Assembly (NCBI GenBank): GCA_013388745.1
Contig: JACAER010000043.1
Span: forward strand, 6,165-70,164
DNA from: Chloroflexota bacterium
Lineage (GTDB): Bacteria > Chloroflexota > Anaerolineae > Aggregatilineales > Phototrophicaceae
Reading direction: 5' to 3'
DNA length: 64,000 nucleotides
Shown here: positions 33,698 to 43,923 of the stretch, in pieces
Layout of the letters: each line of letters begins with the position of its first letter
Numbering within the stretch: position 1 is the first letter of the stretch
Program-made: the position numbers and the translations under genes
The notes under the pieces: generated by a model
The model's input: the letters and a program-made list of their open reading frames with translations, nothing else
What the model was told of the DNA's origin: nothing
Database searches by the model: none

Positions 33698-36523
33698 TTG
33701 CAGGATCCCATCGTGACATCTGATTTTTTCGGCGTGAACGCCGCTTATGTGCTTGACCTTTACGAACGCTATCAGCAAGACCCGGCGTCGGTCGATGCCG
33801 AAGCGCGCGCTTTTTTCGCCCAGTGGACGCCGCCTGCTGAGGCCGAGTCCAGCGCGGTTATCGCCGAACGGCGCGAACAGCCGGCGCTGGCCGTCGAAAA
33901 AATCGTTGGCGCAGCTAATCTGGCGCAGGCGATCCGCGCTAACGGCCATTTCGCCGCCAATCTCGACCCGCTGGGCACGCCGCCGCCCGGCGACCCATCG
34001 CTCAACCCCGCCTTTCACGGCATCGGCGACGACGATTTACGCCAGCTTCCGGCCAGCCTGATCGGCGGCCCGCTGGCGACTCAGGCTTCCAACGCGCTGT
34101 GGGCGATTCAACTGCTGCGCGCCGTTTATTCCTCCGCCAGCGGTTATGAATTTGACCATGTGCATGAACCCGCCGAACGCGAATGGCTGCGCGAAGCGGT
34201 CGAAAGCGGCCAGTATCGCCCGCCGCTCCGCCCGATCAACGCACGCGCGCTGCTGGAACGCCTGACACAGGTCGAAACTTTCGAGCAGTTTTTGCACCGC
34301 ATTTTCCCCGGCAAGCACCGCTTCTCGATCGAGGGGCTGGATATTATGGTGCCGATGCTGGACGAAATCATTTATCTGGCGGCGGAGGCCGATATTGCCA
34401 ACACGCTGCTGGGCATGGCGCATCGTGGCCGCCTGAATGTACTGGCGCATACGCTCAACAAGCCCTACCTGCAATTTTTGGCCGAATTCAAAGACCCGGT
34501 GAACCCGCGCAAGCTGCGCTACGATCTGGGCTGGATGGGCGATGTCAAGTATCATGCTGGCGCCTATCGCACCGTCACCGACAGCCAGCAGATCGACATG
34601 CTGGTAACGATGGCGCCCAACCCCAGCCATCTGGAGATGGTCAATCCGGTGGTCGAAGGGATGGCGCGCGCGGTGGGTACGCGCAGCGATGCGCCCGGCG
34701 CTCCGCGCTTCGACCCCGAAATCACGCTGCCGCTGCTGATTCACGGTGACGCGGCTTTTCCGGGACAGGGCATCGTCTCCGAAACACTCAATTTGTCGCG
34801 TCTGCCCGGCTACTGGACAGGCGGCACGATTCACATCATTTCCAATAACCAACTGGGCTATACCACCGAACCCAGCGACTCGCGCAGTACGCTGTATGCC
34901 AGCGATCTGGCGAAAGGCTTCCGCGTGCCCGTCGTGCATGTCAACGCCGACGACCCGCAGGCCTGTATCGAAGCGGCGCGGCTGGCTTATGCTTATCGCG
35001 CGCACTTCCACAAGGATTTCCTGATCGACCTGATCGGCTACCGGCGTTACGGCCACAACGAAGGCGACGAACCCGGCTTTACGCAGCCCAGGCAGTACCA
35101 GCAGATTCGCCAGCACCCTACTGTGCGCCAGTTGTGGGCCAATACGCTGGTCGAGCGTCGCATCATCGCCGAAAACGAGGCCGACGCGCTGGTGCGCCAG
35201 CATATGGACAATCTGCAAAAAACGCTGGAAAGCCTGAACCCGGATCGTGATCTGCGCGAGCCGGAACTGGCCGTGCCCACGCGAGGATTGGCTGGACGCC
35301 AGCACACTGCCGTGTCGTTAGAACGCTTGCAGGCGCTCAACGAGGCGCTGCGCACGCTGCCGCCCGGTTTCAGTATGCATCCCAAGCTGCAAAAAGCCAT
35401 TCAAGGCCGCCGCGAGGCCTTCAAAGACGCTGCCGCCGCCACCATCGATTGGGCGACGGCGGAAGAACTGGCATTCGCCACGATTTTGCAGGACGGCGTG
35501 GCGATTCGCATGACCGGGCAGGATGTCGAACGCGGCACGTTTAACCAGCGGCACGCCGTGTTCCACGATGCCGAAAACGGCGCGCAGCATATCCCCTTGC
35601 AGCGCTTGCCCCAGGCCACCGCCGCCTTCGAGATTCACAACAGCCCACTGACTGAAGCGGCGACCATTGGCTTTGAATATGGCTACAATATTCAGGAGCC
35701 AGGGCGTCTGGTGCTGTGGGAGGCGCAGTACGGTGACTTTATCAACGGCGCGCAGGGCGTGATTGACGAATTCCTGGTCTCCGCGCGCGATAAATGGGGA
35801 CAAACGCCGTCGCTGGTGCTGCTGCTGCCGCACGGCTACGAAGGCGCCGGCCCCGACCATTCCACAGGCCGGCTGGAACGCTTTTTGCAGTTGGCGGCAG
35901 ACATCAATATGCGTGTCGCCAATCCCACCACTGCCGCGCAGTATTTTCATCTGCTGCGCCGCCAGACCGCGCTGCTCAAAAGCGACCCCCTGCCGCTGAT
36001 TATCATGACCCCCAAGAGTTTGCTGCGACACCCGCTGGTGGCCTCGCCACCGCGCGCCTTTGCCGAAGGTCATTGGCAGGCGGTGATCGACGATGCCCGC
36101 GCCGCGCAGCAGCCCGAACGCATTCGCCGGCTGGTGTTGTGCAGCGGCAAAATTTATGTCGATCTGCTCAGCAGCCCGTACCGCGAACAGGACAGCGCAT
36201 CGGCGCTGGTGCGTGTCGAACAGCTTTATCCCCTGCGCGAAGACGAACTCGGCGAGATTTTCCGCCAGTATACGCAGATCGAAGAGGTCATTTGGGCGCA
36301 GGAAGAGCCGGAAAACGCCGGCGCGTGGGAATTTATGCGCCCGCACCTGCTGCGCCTGAGCGACAGACCGCTGCGCTACATCGGACGTCCGCGCCGCTCC
36401 AGTCCGGCAGAAGGCTCGGCAGCCTGGCATGCCGCCAATCAGGAAGCGCTCATCGAGCGCGTCTACGCCCACACCCGCGAAAAAACCGCGCCCCTACTGC
36501 CTACAGAAGGATTGAAGTCATGA
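33698..36523 (+). CDS. sucA: 2-oxoglutarate dehydrogenase E1 component
   Basis: 941 aa. N-terminus [78 protein letters not shown] start at 33698 (GTG at 33713 possible). Confidence 0.95.
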   Translation: MQDPIVTSDFFGVNAAYVLDLYERYQQDPASVDAEARAFFAQWTPPAEAESSAVIAERREQPALAVEKIVGAANLAQAIRANGHFAANLDPLGTPPPGDPSLNPAFHGIGDDDLRQLPASLIGGPLATQASNALWAIQLLRAVYSSASGYEFDHVHEPAEREWLREAVESGQYRPPLRPINARALLERLTQVETFEQFLHRIFPGKHRFSIEGLDIMVPMLDEIIYLAAEADIANTLLGMAHRGRLNVLAHTLNKPYLQFLAEFKDPVNPRKLRYDLGWMGDVKYHAGAYRTVTDSQQIDMLVTMAPNPSHLEMVNPVVEGMARAVGTRSDAPGAPRFDPEITLPLLIHGDAAFPGQGIVSETLNLSRLPGYWTGGTIHIISNNQLGYTTEPSDSRSTLYASDLAKGFRVPVVHVNADDPQACIEAARLAYAYRAHFHKDFLIDLIGYRRYGHNEGDEPGFTQPRQYQQIRQHPTVRQLWANTLVERRIIAENEADALVRQHMDNLQKTLESLNPDRDLREPELAVPTRGLAGRQHTAVSLERLQALNEALRTLPPGFSMHPKLQKAIQGRREAFKDAAAATIDWATAEELAFATILQDGVAIRMTGQDVERGTFNQRHAVFHDAENGAQHIPLQRLPQATAAFEIHNSPLTEAATIGFEYGYNIQEPGRLVLWEAQYGDFINGAQGVIDEFLVSARDKWGQTPSLVLLLPHGYEGAGPDHSTGRLERFLQLAADINMRVANPTTAAQYFHLLRRQTALLKSDPLPLIIMTPKSLLRHPLVASPPRAFAEGHWQAVIDDARAAQQPERIRRLVLCSGKIYVDLLSSPYREQDSASALVRVEQLYPLREDELGEIFRQYTQIEEVIWAQEEPENAGAWEFMRPHLLRLSDRPLRYIGRPRRSSPAEGSAAWHAANQEALIERVYAHTREKTAPLLPTEGLKS

Positions 36524-37695
36524 CATCAAAAATCATTGTGCCCTCGCTGGGTGAATCGGTGGTCGAAGCGACCGTCGCGCGCTGGCTGAAAAACGAGGGC
36601 GAACGGGTCGCGGTTGGTCAGGCCATCGTCGTGCTCGAAACCGATAAAGTCGATCTGGAAGTCGGCGCGGAAAAAGATGGTGTACTGGCGAAAATCGAAC
36701 GCCCCGCCGGCGCGGATGTCAAAATCGGCGATGTGCTTGGGTATATCGAAGAAGTCGCTCCTGGCATTCCTGCCGTGTCCGCCCCTGCGCCGGCTGCCGC
36801 GACACCCGTTGCCAAACGTGTGGCCGAGGAATACAACGTCGATCTGGCGCTGGTGACTCCCAGCACGGGCGGCAAAGTCACTAAAGGCGATGTCGAGCAG
36901 TTCGTGCAGCGTGCCGCCCCGCCTGCCGCGCCTGTGTCTGTTCCGGCTGCCGCGCCTGTGCCGCCGCCGCTGGCCGCTTCACTCAACAACGGCTACCGCC
37001 GCGAGGAGCGTGTGCGTATGTCGCGCCGCCGCCAGACCATCGCCCGCCGCCTGGTCGAAGCGCAGCACACCGCCGCTATGCTCACCACCTTCAACGAAAT
37101 CGACATGTCGGCGGTGCAGGAAGTGCGCGCCCGCCGCAAAGAAGCCTTCCAGAAAAAATACAACGTCAGCCTCGGCTTATCGTCCTTTTTCGTCAAAGCC
37201 GCCATCGGCGCGCTCAAGCTTTTCCCGCGCGTCAACGCCGAAATTCAGGGTGATGAATTTGTGCTCAAGCACTATTACGACATCGGCATTGCCATCGGCG
37301 CGGAAGAAGGGCTGGTTGTGCCGGTGCTGCGCGATGCCGATCGGATGTCGTTCGCCGAAATCGAAAAAGCCATCAAAGACTTCGCCAAACAATCGGAAGA
37401 TGGCACGCTTAAGCTCGAAGCCCTGCGCGGCGGCAGCTTCACCATTACCAACGGCGGCATCTTCGGCTCGCTGATGAGCACGCCGATTCTCAACGCGCCG
37501 CAGGTCGGCATTCTCGGCCTGCACGCCATCAAACCGCGTCCGGTGGTCGTCAAAGATCAGATCGTCATCCGCCCCATGATGTATGTGGCGCTCAGCTACG
37601 ATCACCGCATCATCGACGGGCGCGAGGCCGTGCAGTTCCTCGTGCGCGTCAAAGAACTGGTCGAAGACCCGGAATCGCTGCTGATTGAAGGCTGA
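36520..37695 (+). CDS. sucB: 2-oxoglutarate dehydrogenase E2 dihydrolipoyllysine-residue succinyltransferase
   Basis: ATG at 36520 overlaps the sucA stop (ATGA). Lipoyl domain ([12 protein letters not shown]), Ala/Pro linker, catalytic [14 protein letters not shown]. The track ORF (35794..) is an out-of-context 5' extension. Confidence 0.95.
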   Translation: MTSKIIVPSLGESVVEATVARWLKNEGERVAVGQAIVVLETDKVDLEVGAEKDGVLAKIERPAGADVKIGDVLGYIEEVAPGIPAVSAPAPAAATPVAKRVAEEYNVDLALVTPSTGGKVTKGDVEQFVQRAAPPAAPVSVPAAAPVPPPLAASLNNGYRREERVRMSRRRQTIARRLVEAQHTAAMLTTFNEIDMSAVQEVRARRKEAFQKKYNVSLGLSSFFVKAAIGALKLFPRVNAEIQGDEFVLKHYYDIGIAIGAEEGLVVPVLRDADRMSFAEIEKAIKDFAKQSEDGTLKLEALRGGSFTITNGGIFGSLMSTPILNAPQVGILGLHAIKPRPVVVKDQIVIRPMMYVALSYDHRIIDGREAVQFLVRVKELVEDPESLLIEG

Positions 37696-37704
37696 TAAAC
37701 AGGC

Positions 37705-37736
37705 AGGGCCAGGGGAGGAGTCTGGCCCTTTGTCTT
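37705..37736 (+). terminator. hairpin terminator after sucB (shared with convergent gene)
   Basis: AGGGCCAG-GGGAGGAGT-CTGGCCCT followed by TTGTCTT. The U-tract is weak. Confidence 0.45.
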
Positions 37737-38477
37737 ATTCCAGCGTTTGCGTGTTCAGATCACGTCCGGCGCGCAGTTCCTTCTCACAGGCGCTGTACTG
37801 CCACCTGGGGGCGGGGCGCATCCCGGCCCGTTCATACAGCTTCGTCGCCCCTGTCAGGCTGGAAGCATCCACGTCCAGCCCGACCCGGCGCCGCTCGCGC
37901 TGATACAGTTCACGGAATGAGTGCTGAAGCAGCGCCAGCGCCGCGCCCTGCCGCCGCCATGCCCGCTTCACCCCGGCGTGTTCACCCAGCCCAGATCGGG
38001 GTCATCGGGCACACGCAGCCGGCACAACGGCGTGCCTATGCTCTCCGCGCCGTCGAGCGCCAAAAAATACAGCGTCGGCTCGAAGCTTTCGTCCGTATCC
38101 ATATTGTGCCGCCACTCCGTCAGCTCGTCCTCCGCAAATTGTGCCGGATCAACGCCGACGGGTTCATAATGGCCGGGCGCGTTTTCGGCATCCAACCAGG
38201 TCATGGCCGCCGCCGCGAACCGGCCATCCGGCGCCACAGCATTGAGCGAAAACAGCGACCAGCCTGACACCCCGCCGGATTCGTCTTCCCAGATATACGC
38301 GACCTGTTGCATGGGAGCATGGCGCAGCATAATGTAATACGTCCACCGGTTCAGATCGCTGATATGCACGTAACCCGAATGCCGCCAGGCCGTCCGCCCG
38401 GCGCGCAGGATGTGCGCCATTTTCTGAAAATCTTCTACACCCTGATAAGGTCTATTTACAGGCGTGCGTGGGGACAC
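37735..38477 (-). pseudogene. GNAT-family N-acetyltransferase interrupted by a frameshift at a G4 (C4 on plus) run
   Basis: Two overlapping ORFs (37968..38477 and 37735..37971). One extra G at 37971-37974 would join ...PDLGWVNTPG to VKRAWRRQGAALALLQH, the GNAT acetyl-CoA motif R-x-x-G-x-A. Confidence 0.6.
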
Positions 38478-38581
38478 TGGCTTCCTCGTCCTTTTGCTCT
38501 TTCAATGGTCAGTCGGGGAAATAATGCTATTTCGCCAAACCATCCTCATTCTACGCGCAACGTTTAGGGCTTCTCAAGCGC

Positions 38582-38611
38582 TTGACGCAGGCGCGTTTTT
38601 GCCCCTATACT
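38582..38611 (+). promoter_or_regulatory. candidate sigma70 promoter of a short leader/sRNA upstream of metG
   Basis: TTGACG (38582-38587), 18-nt spacer, TATACT (38606-38611). Confidence 0.45.
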
Positions 38612-38732
38612 GAGAACATGCATACCTTATTGTCTCCCGCGTTCACTCATCGAATGCCGCGCTGGACGGCCCTGCTGGACAGACGAATGCGGCGCGCTGC
38701 CTGATTCCCGCGCTCCCATCCCGCTAAACTCG

Positions 38733-38765
38733 GCGTCTGTCTTTGCGCAGACGCTTTTTGTTTTT
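38733..38765 (+). terminator. intrinsic terminator/attenuator 80 nt upstream of metG
   Basis: GCGTCTG-TCTTTGCG-CAGACGC followed by TTTTTGTTTTT. There is no upstream plus-strand gene for it to terminate. Confidence 0.6.
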
Positions 38766-38846
38766 GGCCGCCGCCGCGTAACTTTCGGCTGTGGGCTAAA
38801 AACGTTATAGTTCACAGCGTTATGATGACTGCATAAGGACAAACTC

Positions 38847-40658
38847 ATGACCGCCACCCCCCAATATATTCACGTTTCCGTCGCCTGGCCCTACGCCAAC
38901 GGCGATTTGCATGTCGGCCATCTGGCTGGCGCTTACCTGCCCGCCGATATTTTCGCGCGCTATCACCGCCTCAAAGGCAATCATGTACTGATGGTTTCTG
39001 GCTCCGATAGTCACGGCACGCCGATTTCGGTGGAGGCCGACAAACGCGGCATTCCGGCGCGCGACCTGTTCGAACACTATCACCAGCGCTTCTTGCTGAC
39101 GCAGCAAAAACTCGGCATCAGCTACGATCTGTTCACGCATACCGATACCGAGAATCATCACAAGATCGCGCAGGACTTTTTCACGCGGCTGCTGCAAGGC
39201 GGCGCGCTGTATACCGAAACGCAAGACCTGATGTACAGCGAGCTGGAAAAACGCTTTCTGCCGGATCGCTACGTCGAAGGCAAATGCTACATCTGCGGTT
39301 ATGACAAGGCGCGCGGCGACCAGTGCGACAACTGCGGCAACCTGCTGGAGGCCACCCTGCTGATCGAGCCGCGCAGCCGCAATAATCCCGCCGATAAACT
39401 GGTGATTCGCACCGCCGAGCACTATTTCCTCGATCTGGGCAAGTTCACCAACGAACTGCTGGCTTATGTCGAGAGCAAAAAAGACGTGTGGCGCGCCAAC
39501 GTGACGGCCTTTACGCGCAACTTCATCGCCGATGGGCTGCGCGGGCGTCCGATCACGCGCAATATCGATTGGGGCATCGCCGTGCCGCTGGCGGGTTGGG
39601 ACGACAAAAAGCTGTACGTGTGGTTCGAGGCGGTCATGGGCTATTTCACCGCCAGCGTCGAATGGGCGCACAACATCGTCGATTACCATGCCTGGAAAAA
39701 ATGGTGGTACAACCCGGAGGCCAAAATCTACAATTTTCTGGGCAAGGATAACATTCCTTTCCACACCATCATCTGGCAGGCGGAACTGCTGGGTGTGGAC
39801 GGCATCTACAATGACGGCGACAGCGCGCGCATCAATTTGCCTTATGATGTGCCGGCCAATGAGTTCATGAACATCGAAGGCCAGAAGTTCAGCAAAAGTC
39901 GCAACTGGGCTATCTGGCTGCCGGACATCGCTGAACGCTACCAGCCAGACGCGATTCGCTACTATGTGGCGGCGACGATGCCCGAAAGCAAGGATTCAGA
40001 CTTTTCGTGGGAAGGCTTCTATTCGCGCGTGAACAACGAACTGGTGGCCGCGTGGGGCAATCTCGCTAACCGTATGCTGACCTTCGCTTACAAGCGTTTC
40101 GACGGCAAAGTGCCGGCCTATGACCAACTGACGCCGCAGGACGAAGCCATCATCCGCCAGTCGGAAGCAGCCTTCGACAAAGTGGGCACGCTGCTGGGCG
40201 AAGTGCGCCTGCTGGCCGGGCTGCAAGCGGCGATGGACGTAGTGCGCGACGCCAATGCCTATCTCAACGAGCGTGAACCCTGGAAGCGCATCAAAGATGA
40301 CCCGGCGGATGCGGCGCGCAGTGTCTACACCATTCTGCGCGTGATCGACAACCTCAAAATTCTGCTCGCGCCCTGGCTGCCGTTCAGCGCGCAAAAGCTG
40401 CACGAGTATCTGGGCTATGCCGGGCAAATTTTCGGCACGCTGAAGATCGAAACTTTCCACGAGCACACGCGCAGCCACAACGGGCTGACCTACGACGGCA
40501 GCAAAGCGGTTGGCCGCTGGCAGGTAAGCGCGCTGGCGCAAGGGCAAGCGCTGCGCGAACCCGCGCCGCTGTTTGTCAAACTGGACCCGGAAATCATCGA
40601 AAAAGAGCGCGCGTTTTTAGGCGCGCCGCGCGACGAGCATGAGATTGTCGTTGGCTAG
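38847..40658 (+). CDS. metG: methionine--tRNA ligase
   Basis: 603 aa. HIGH-type motif (PYANGDLHVGHLAG), zinc knuckles CYICGYDKARGDQCDNCG, KMSKS-type motif (KFSKS). Confidence 0.95.
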   Translation: MTATPQYIHVSVAWPYANGDLHVGHLAGAYLPADIFARYHRLKGNHVLMVSGSDSHGTPISVEADKRGIPARDLFEHYHQRFLLTQQKLGISYDLFTHTDTENHHKIAQDFFTRLLQGGALYTETQDLMYSELEKRFLPDRYVEGKCYICGYDKARGDQCDNCGNLLEATLLIEPRSRNNPADKLVIRTAEHYFLDLGKFTNELLAYVESKKDVWRANVTAFTRNFIADGLRGRPITRNIDWGIAVPLAGWDDKKLYVWFEAVMGYFTASVEWAHNIVDYHAWKKWWYNPEAKIYNFLGKDNIPFHTIIWQAELLGVDGIYNDGDSARINLPYDVPANEFMNIEGQKFSKSRNWAIWLPDIAERYQPDAIRYYVAATMPESKDSDFSWEGFYSRVNNELVAAWGNLANRMLTFAYKRFDGKVPAYDQLTPQDEAIIRQSEAAFDKVGTLLGEVRLLAGLQAAMDVVRDANAYLNEREPWKRIKDDPADAARSVYTILRVIDNLKILLAPWLPFSAQKLHEYLGYAGQIFGTLKIETFHEHTRSHNGLTYDGSKAVGRWQVSALAQGQALREPAPLFVKLDPEIIEKERAFLGAPRDEHEIVVG

Positions 40659-40667
40659 AGCTGTGGC

Positions 40668-40702
40668 AGCGGGGGACGCCAGCGTGTGTGCCCCCGCTTT
40701 TT
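40668..40702 (+). terminator. intrinsic terminator after metG
   Basis: AGCGGGGG-(15-nt loop)-CCCCCGCT followed by TTTT. Confidence 0.7.
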
Positions 40703-40731
40703 GGCTATAATAAAAGCGTCGTTTGGCGCGT

Positions 40732-41892
40732 CTACCCCGCCACCCCATACACCAGCGTGTCTGGCCGAAAAGCCGCCCACGCAAACCACAAATGCGGAAA
40801 CGCGAATTCCTGCTGTAACTGCGCACCCGCGAGTTCACCCTCCAGCGCTGTGCCGAAGATATTCCACAGACTGCCGGTCTGCTCGTCACGGATCGCGCCG
40901 TCTTCGCCATAGACGAATGTCAGCACACGCTCATCCACGGTGCGGCGGTACAGCGCGGCCATACCTACGTCGCGCGCCGCGTTGATGTCCGGCCCATCAA
41001 TCGCGCTGGTCGCCCCCGCCTGCCACAGCGCTACGACGGGGATGCTGCCTACGGTGTCGTTAATTACACGCAGCGTTTCCAGTGTGGTAAACGGATAAGC
41101 CACCGCCACGCCACCGATCATGCCCGCCAGCACGCGCTCTACGGCGGGCAAACGCGGATCAGGGTCACCGCGAAACAGGAACGGATTTTCATTGCTGTCG
41201 TAAAAATCGTAGGGATTCGTCCCATAGGAGCGCGAAAAGCCCGTGTCGCGTGTCAGCACCTCGCCCTGGGGATACTGCTGGGCGAAAACGCCGAAACTGC
41301 CCAGCAGCGAGGGCACGAGGGTAAGCTGCGTCCCCGTATACGCGCCGACGATGCCTTCGCCCGTAAGCTGCTGCCACCAGCTTTGTGTCAGATCATCCCA
41401 CATAATCAGGTCGCTGTTGCGCAGCATCCCCGATACGCCGAAACGCAGCGCTGCTGTGCCCACGCGCCGGTCATAAACGATGGCACTGTTGCACAGCGGG
41501 CAGTAGGTTACCGCCACCGGAATGTCGCTCAACACATCGTTGACGATCTCGTGCCAGATCAGAATTTCCAGCGGATAGGCCCGCGCCGCGCCTTCGATCT
41601 CCAGAATAATAACCGGTGACTGCGCTTGCAGCCAATCTTGCGCTGTGTCTACCGGTTCAAACACGGGGTTATCAATCGGCGGGATGCCGTCGCGCCCCAC
41701 GCCGCCGGAAAGGATTTCGTCAAAAACGCCTTCTTCGAACAGGCAAAAATCGGTCTTATCCCATGTGCGCTGCAAACTGCGCACCAGCGCCGCGTCCAGC
41801 GCCGGCGTTTCGCACGAAAGCTGTGCCTGCGCCACCCGCACACTGAGCAGCGCCGCCAGCAGAATGCCCACAAGCAGCGTTATGCGTACCAT
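40732..41892 (-). CDS. DUF3179-domain secreted protein
   Basis: GRDGIPPIDNPVF..., AYPLEILIWHEIVND..., VAVTYCPLCNSAIVYDR are DUF3179 hallmarks. Start set at MVRITLLVGILLAALLSVRVAQA (signal peptide); the track ORF extends to 42075. Confidence 0.85.
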   Translation of the reverse strand: MVRITLLVGILLAALLSVRVAQAQLSCETPALDAALVRSLQRTWDKTDFCLFEEGVFDEILSGGVGRDGIPPIDNPVFEPVDTAQDWLQAQSPVIILEIEGAARAYPLEILIWHEIVNDVLSDIPVAVTYCPLCNSAIVYDRRVGTAALRFGVSGMLRNSDLIMWDDLTQSWWQQLTGEGIVGAYTGTQLTLVPSLLGSFGVFAQQYPQGEVLTRDTGFSRSYGTNPYDFYDSNENPFLFRGDPDPRLPAVERVLAGMIGGVAVAYPFTTLETLRVINDTVGSIPVVALWQAGATSAIDGPDINAARDVGMAALYRRTVDERVLTFVYGEDGAIRDEQTGSLWNIFGTALEGELAGAQLQQEFAFPHLWFAWAAFRPDTLVYGVAG

Positions 41893-42027
41893 ACCACACC
41901 TCTGAATACTTACGTTCACCACAAAAACATCGTCCACAAACCACAGCATACCATTTTTGTTGACAGTCGTCTGTTGGCGGCACATCATAAAACGTGTATC
42001 GTTCTTAATGATTATCAGGAATCCCAT

Positions 42028-43251
42028 ATGAAACTGCCGCGCAATCCGCTCTTTTGGGCGGTGGCCTTTGGGCATGCCGTCAATGATACCTTTATGAGCA
42101 TGGGCGCGGTGCTGCTGACCTTCCTCAGCGGCAGCATTCTACCCATCGGCCCGCGCGAAATTGGGCTGGCGGAAAGCTTTCGGCAGTTGGTCGGCTCGTT
42201 CAGCCAGCCATTTTTTGGCTGGTTTGTGGATCAAACCGGGGGGCGCTGGGCGGGCGCGGGCGGCGTTGCCTGGACAGTCAGCTTTATGATTCTGGGGCTG
42301 ACGCTTGGTCTGGCGACGCAGAATTTCTGGCTGATGTTTATTCCCTACGGGCTGGCGGCGCTCGGCAGCGGCGCGTTTCATCCTGTCGGCTCGATGCACG
42401 CGGCGGAAAGCGACAAAGCGCACGCCACCGGCAATCTGTCGTGGTTTTTCTTGTTTGGGCAGTTGGGTCTGGCCTTTGGGCCAGGCATCGCCGGCGCGCT
42501 GATCCAGATTTCGGGCAGCATCGTGCCTGTTTTTGCGCTAGGCGTCTTCGCTATTCCCGCCGTGTATGTCATGGGAAAACACATCCCGGACAGAACAGCC
42601 TATCAACTGACGCGCCCGGAAAAACTGGAACGAAGGCAGGCGATCAATTGGAAAGCGCTGCCCTGGAAAGCGTTGGGGCTGCTGCTGCTGGTTGTGGCGC
42701 TGCGCAGCGTGGCGCAGCCGGGTTCGGGGCAGTTTATCCCTGTTTTGTTCGAGCACAAAGGCTGGGATCCAGCTTTTTACGGCCTTATCACCAGCACATT
42801 CTGGCTGGCATCGGGCTTCGGCGGTGTGTATTTCGGCAATCTGGCTGATCGGATAGACCGGCGCGTGGTAGTGGCGGCCAGCCTGGCGCTCTGCGCGCCG
42901 ACCTTCATTTTCCTGCCGCATGTCGATGGCCTGCTGGCGTTTGCGCTGGCGCTGGCGGCGGGCGGGTTGTCTGGCGGTTCGCACAGCATTCTTGTCTCCA
43001 CCGCGCAGGAACTCATGCCCGGCAGCAAGGCCTTCGCCTCTGGCGCGATTCTCGGCATCATTTTCGGCATGGGGGCGTTGGGCAGTCTGTTTATTGGTAC
43101 GCTCGCTGAATCCACGGGGCTGCCGACAGCCTTTGAAATCGTCGGCTTTATCACCTTTGGCGCTGCGGCTTCGGCCTTTTTACTGCCGCGTCCGATCAGA
43201 AAAGCCCAGGCGACCGAAAGTGAAAATGTCGCGCTGGAAGCGGGCGATTAA
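42028..43251 (+). CDS. MFS transporter
   Basis: ATG at 42028 (MKLPRNPLFWAVAFGHAVNDTF). About 12 TM. The track ORF (41626..) includes a non-coding 5' extension. A possible TTGACA-N17-CATCAT promoter lies at 41960-41988. Confidence 0.85.
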   Translation: MKLPRNPLFWAVAFGHAVNDTFMSMGAVLLTFLSGSILPIGPREIGLAESFRQLVGSFSQPFFGWFVDQTGGRWAGAGGVAWTVSFMILGLTLGLATQNFWLMFIPYGLAALGSGAFHPVGSMHAAESDKAHATGNLSWFFLFGQLGLAFGPGIAGALIQISGSIVPVFALGVFAIPAVYVMGKHIPDRTAYQLTRPEKLERRQAINWKALPWKALGLLLLVVALRSVAQPGSGQFIPVLFEHKGWDPAFYGLITSTFWLASGFGGVYFGNLADRIDRRVVVAASLALCAPTFIFLPHVDGLLAFALALAAGGLSGGSHSILVSTAQELMPGSKAFASGAILGIIFGMGALGSLFIGTLAESTGLPTAFEIVGFITFGAAASAFLLPRPIRKAQATESENVALEAGD

Positions 43252-43285
43252 CGCGCCGCTCGCCCTACAATTTGCCGCGCGCCAC

Positions 43286-43294
43286 TGCTATAAT
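43286..43294 (+). promoter_or_regulatory. extended -10 element (TGCTATAAT) upstream of tRNA-Ser
   Basis: TGnTATAAT read directly, 12 nt upstream of the tRNA 5' end. No good -35 element. Confidence 0.45.
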
Positions 43295-43305
43295 GCCCGC
43301 CGTTG

Positions 43306-43392
43306 GGAGAGGTCGCATAGTGGACTAGTGCGCTCGCCTGGAACGCGAGTAGGGTGTCACAGCCCTCGAGGGTTCGAATCCCTCCCTCTCCG
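43306..43392 (+). tRNA. tRNA-Ser (anticodon GGA)
   Basis: Class II tRNA. Acceptor GGAGAGG/CCTCTCC, anticodon stem CTCGC/GCGAG with loop CTGGAAC, long variable arm, T-arm GAGGG TTCGAAT CCCTC. Confidence 0.9.
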
Positions 43393-43428
43393 CAGCTCAG
43401 GATGGTAAGCGAACATTCCATCTTGGGG

Positions 43429-43462
43429 AAACCGGTGAAGTCATCTTCACCGGTTTTCTTTT
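43429..43462 (+). terminator. intrinsic terminator after tRNA-Ser
   Basis: 12-bp stem AAACCGGTGAAG-TCAT-CTTCACCGGTTT followed by TCTTTT. Confidence 0.75.
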
Positions 43463-43571
43463 CGCTATTCGCCAGATGGGCTTCCTGTGCCTGCTTCCCC
43501 TTGCGCAGCTCCTCGTTGTAGCAGCGCACGAAACTGGCAACGGCGCGGCGCTGATTTTACGGCGTTTGGGT

Positions 43572-43769
43572 TCATGCACGGTAAAACTGCGAAAGCCGCC
43601 CGGCTGCGCGGTTGCGCTTGTGCGCGTAGTCCAGTTCGGCGCGGCAGACTTCGCTTTGCAGGCTGGCGCACGACAGGTTGAACACGAACATGTCGCACTG
43701 CTCAATCGCATCTACGATGGCATCCCACCAATTCGGGCTGGCGGGCGGGCAGATTATGACCTGTGGCGC
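43572..43769 (-). pseudogene. TIR-domain gene remnant (N-terminally truncated, frameshifted at the 3' side)
   Basis: A minus-strand frame is open between TAA (43770-72) and TGA (43572-74). It reads APQVIICPPASPNWWDAIVDAIEQCDMFVFNLSCASLQSEVCRAELDYAHKRN.., which matches the central TIR pattern (W...I..aI..c..fvfvlS..sl.S..C..El.yA). There is no start codon upstream and no intact continuation. Confidence 0.45.
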
Positions 43770-43839
43770 TTAGTGCTGCAATGGAAATCCCCATTCCGGC
43801 GGTTCGGAATGGGGCTGACAGCGCTGAGTTATATGGCTT

Positions 43840-43912
43840 TGACCCCGGCAGGACTCGAACCTGCAACCAATTGATTAAGAGTCAACTGCTCTGCCAATTG
43901 AGCTACGGAGCC
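43840..43912 (-). tRNA. tRNA-Lys (anticodon CTT)
   Basis: Reverse complement folds as GGCTCCG TA GCTC AATTGGCA GAGC A GTTGA CTCTTAA TCAAT TGGTT GCAGG TTCGAGT CCTGC CGGGGTC A. Confidence 0.9.
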
Positions 43913-43923
43913 ATTTACGCTGC

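Noticed and set aside
34037-36472. 422-aa and 384-aa minus-strand ORFs antisense to sucA
   Set aside because: The sucA reading is unambiguous (ThDP motifs, length). The antisense ORFs are stop-codon-poor GC artefacts.
35794-36519. 5' extension of the sucB ORF (633-aa version in the track)
   Set aside because: The extension lies inside sucA in another frame and is Arg/Ala/Pro-rich. The ATG at 36520 overlaps the sucA stop and opens directly into a lipoyl domain.
38618-38846. T-box or SAM riboswitch upstream of metG
   Set aside because: I looked for the T-box antiterminator sequence (GGTGGTACCGCG-like) and for SAM-I/SAM-II core strings and did not find them. The region is kept only as an unclassified leader/sRNA candidate.
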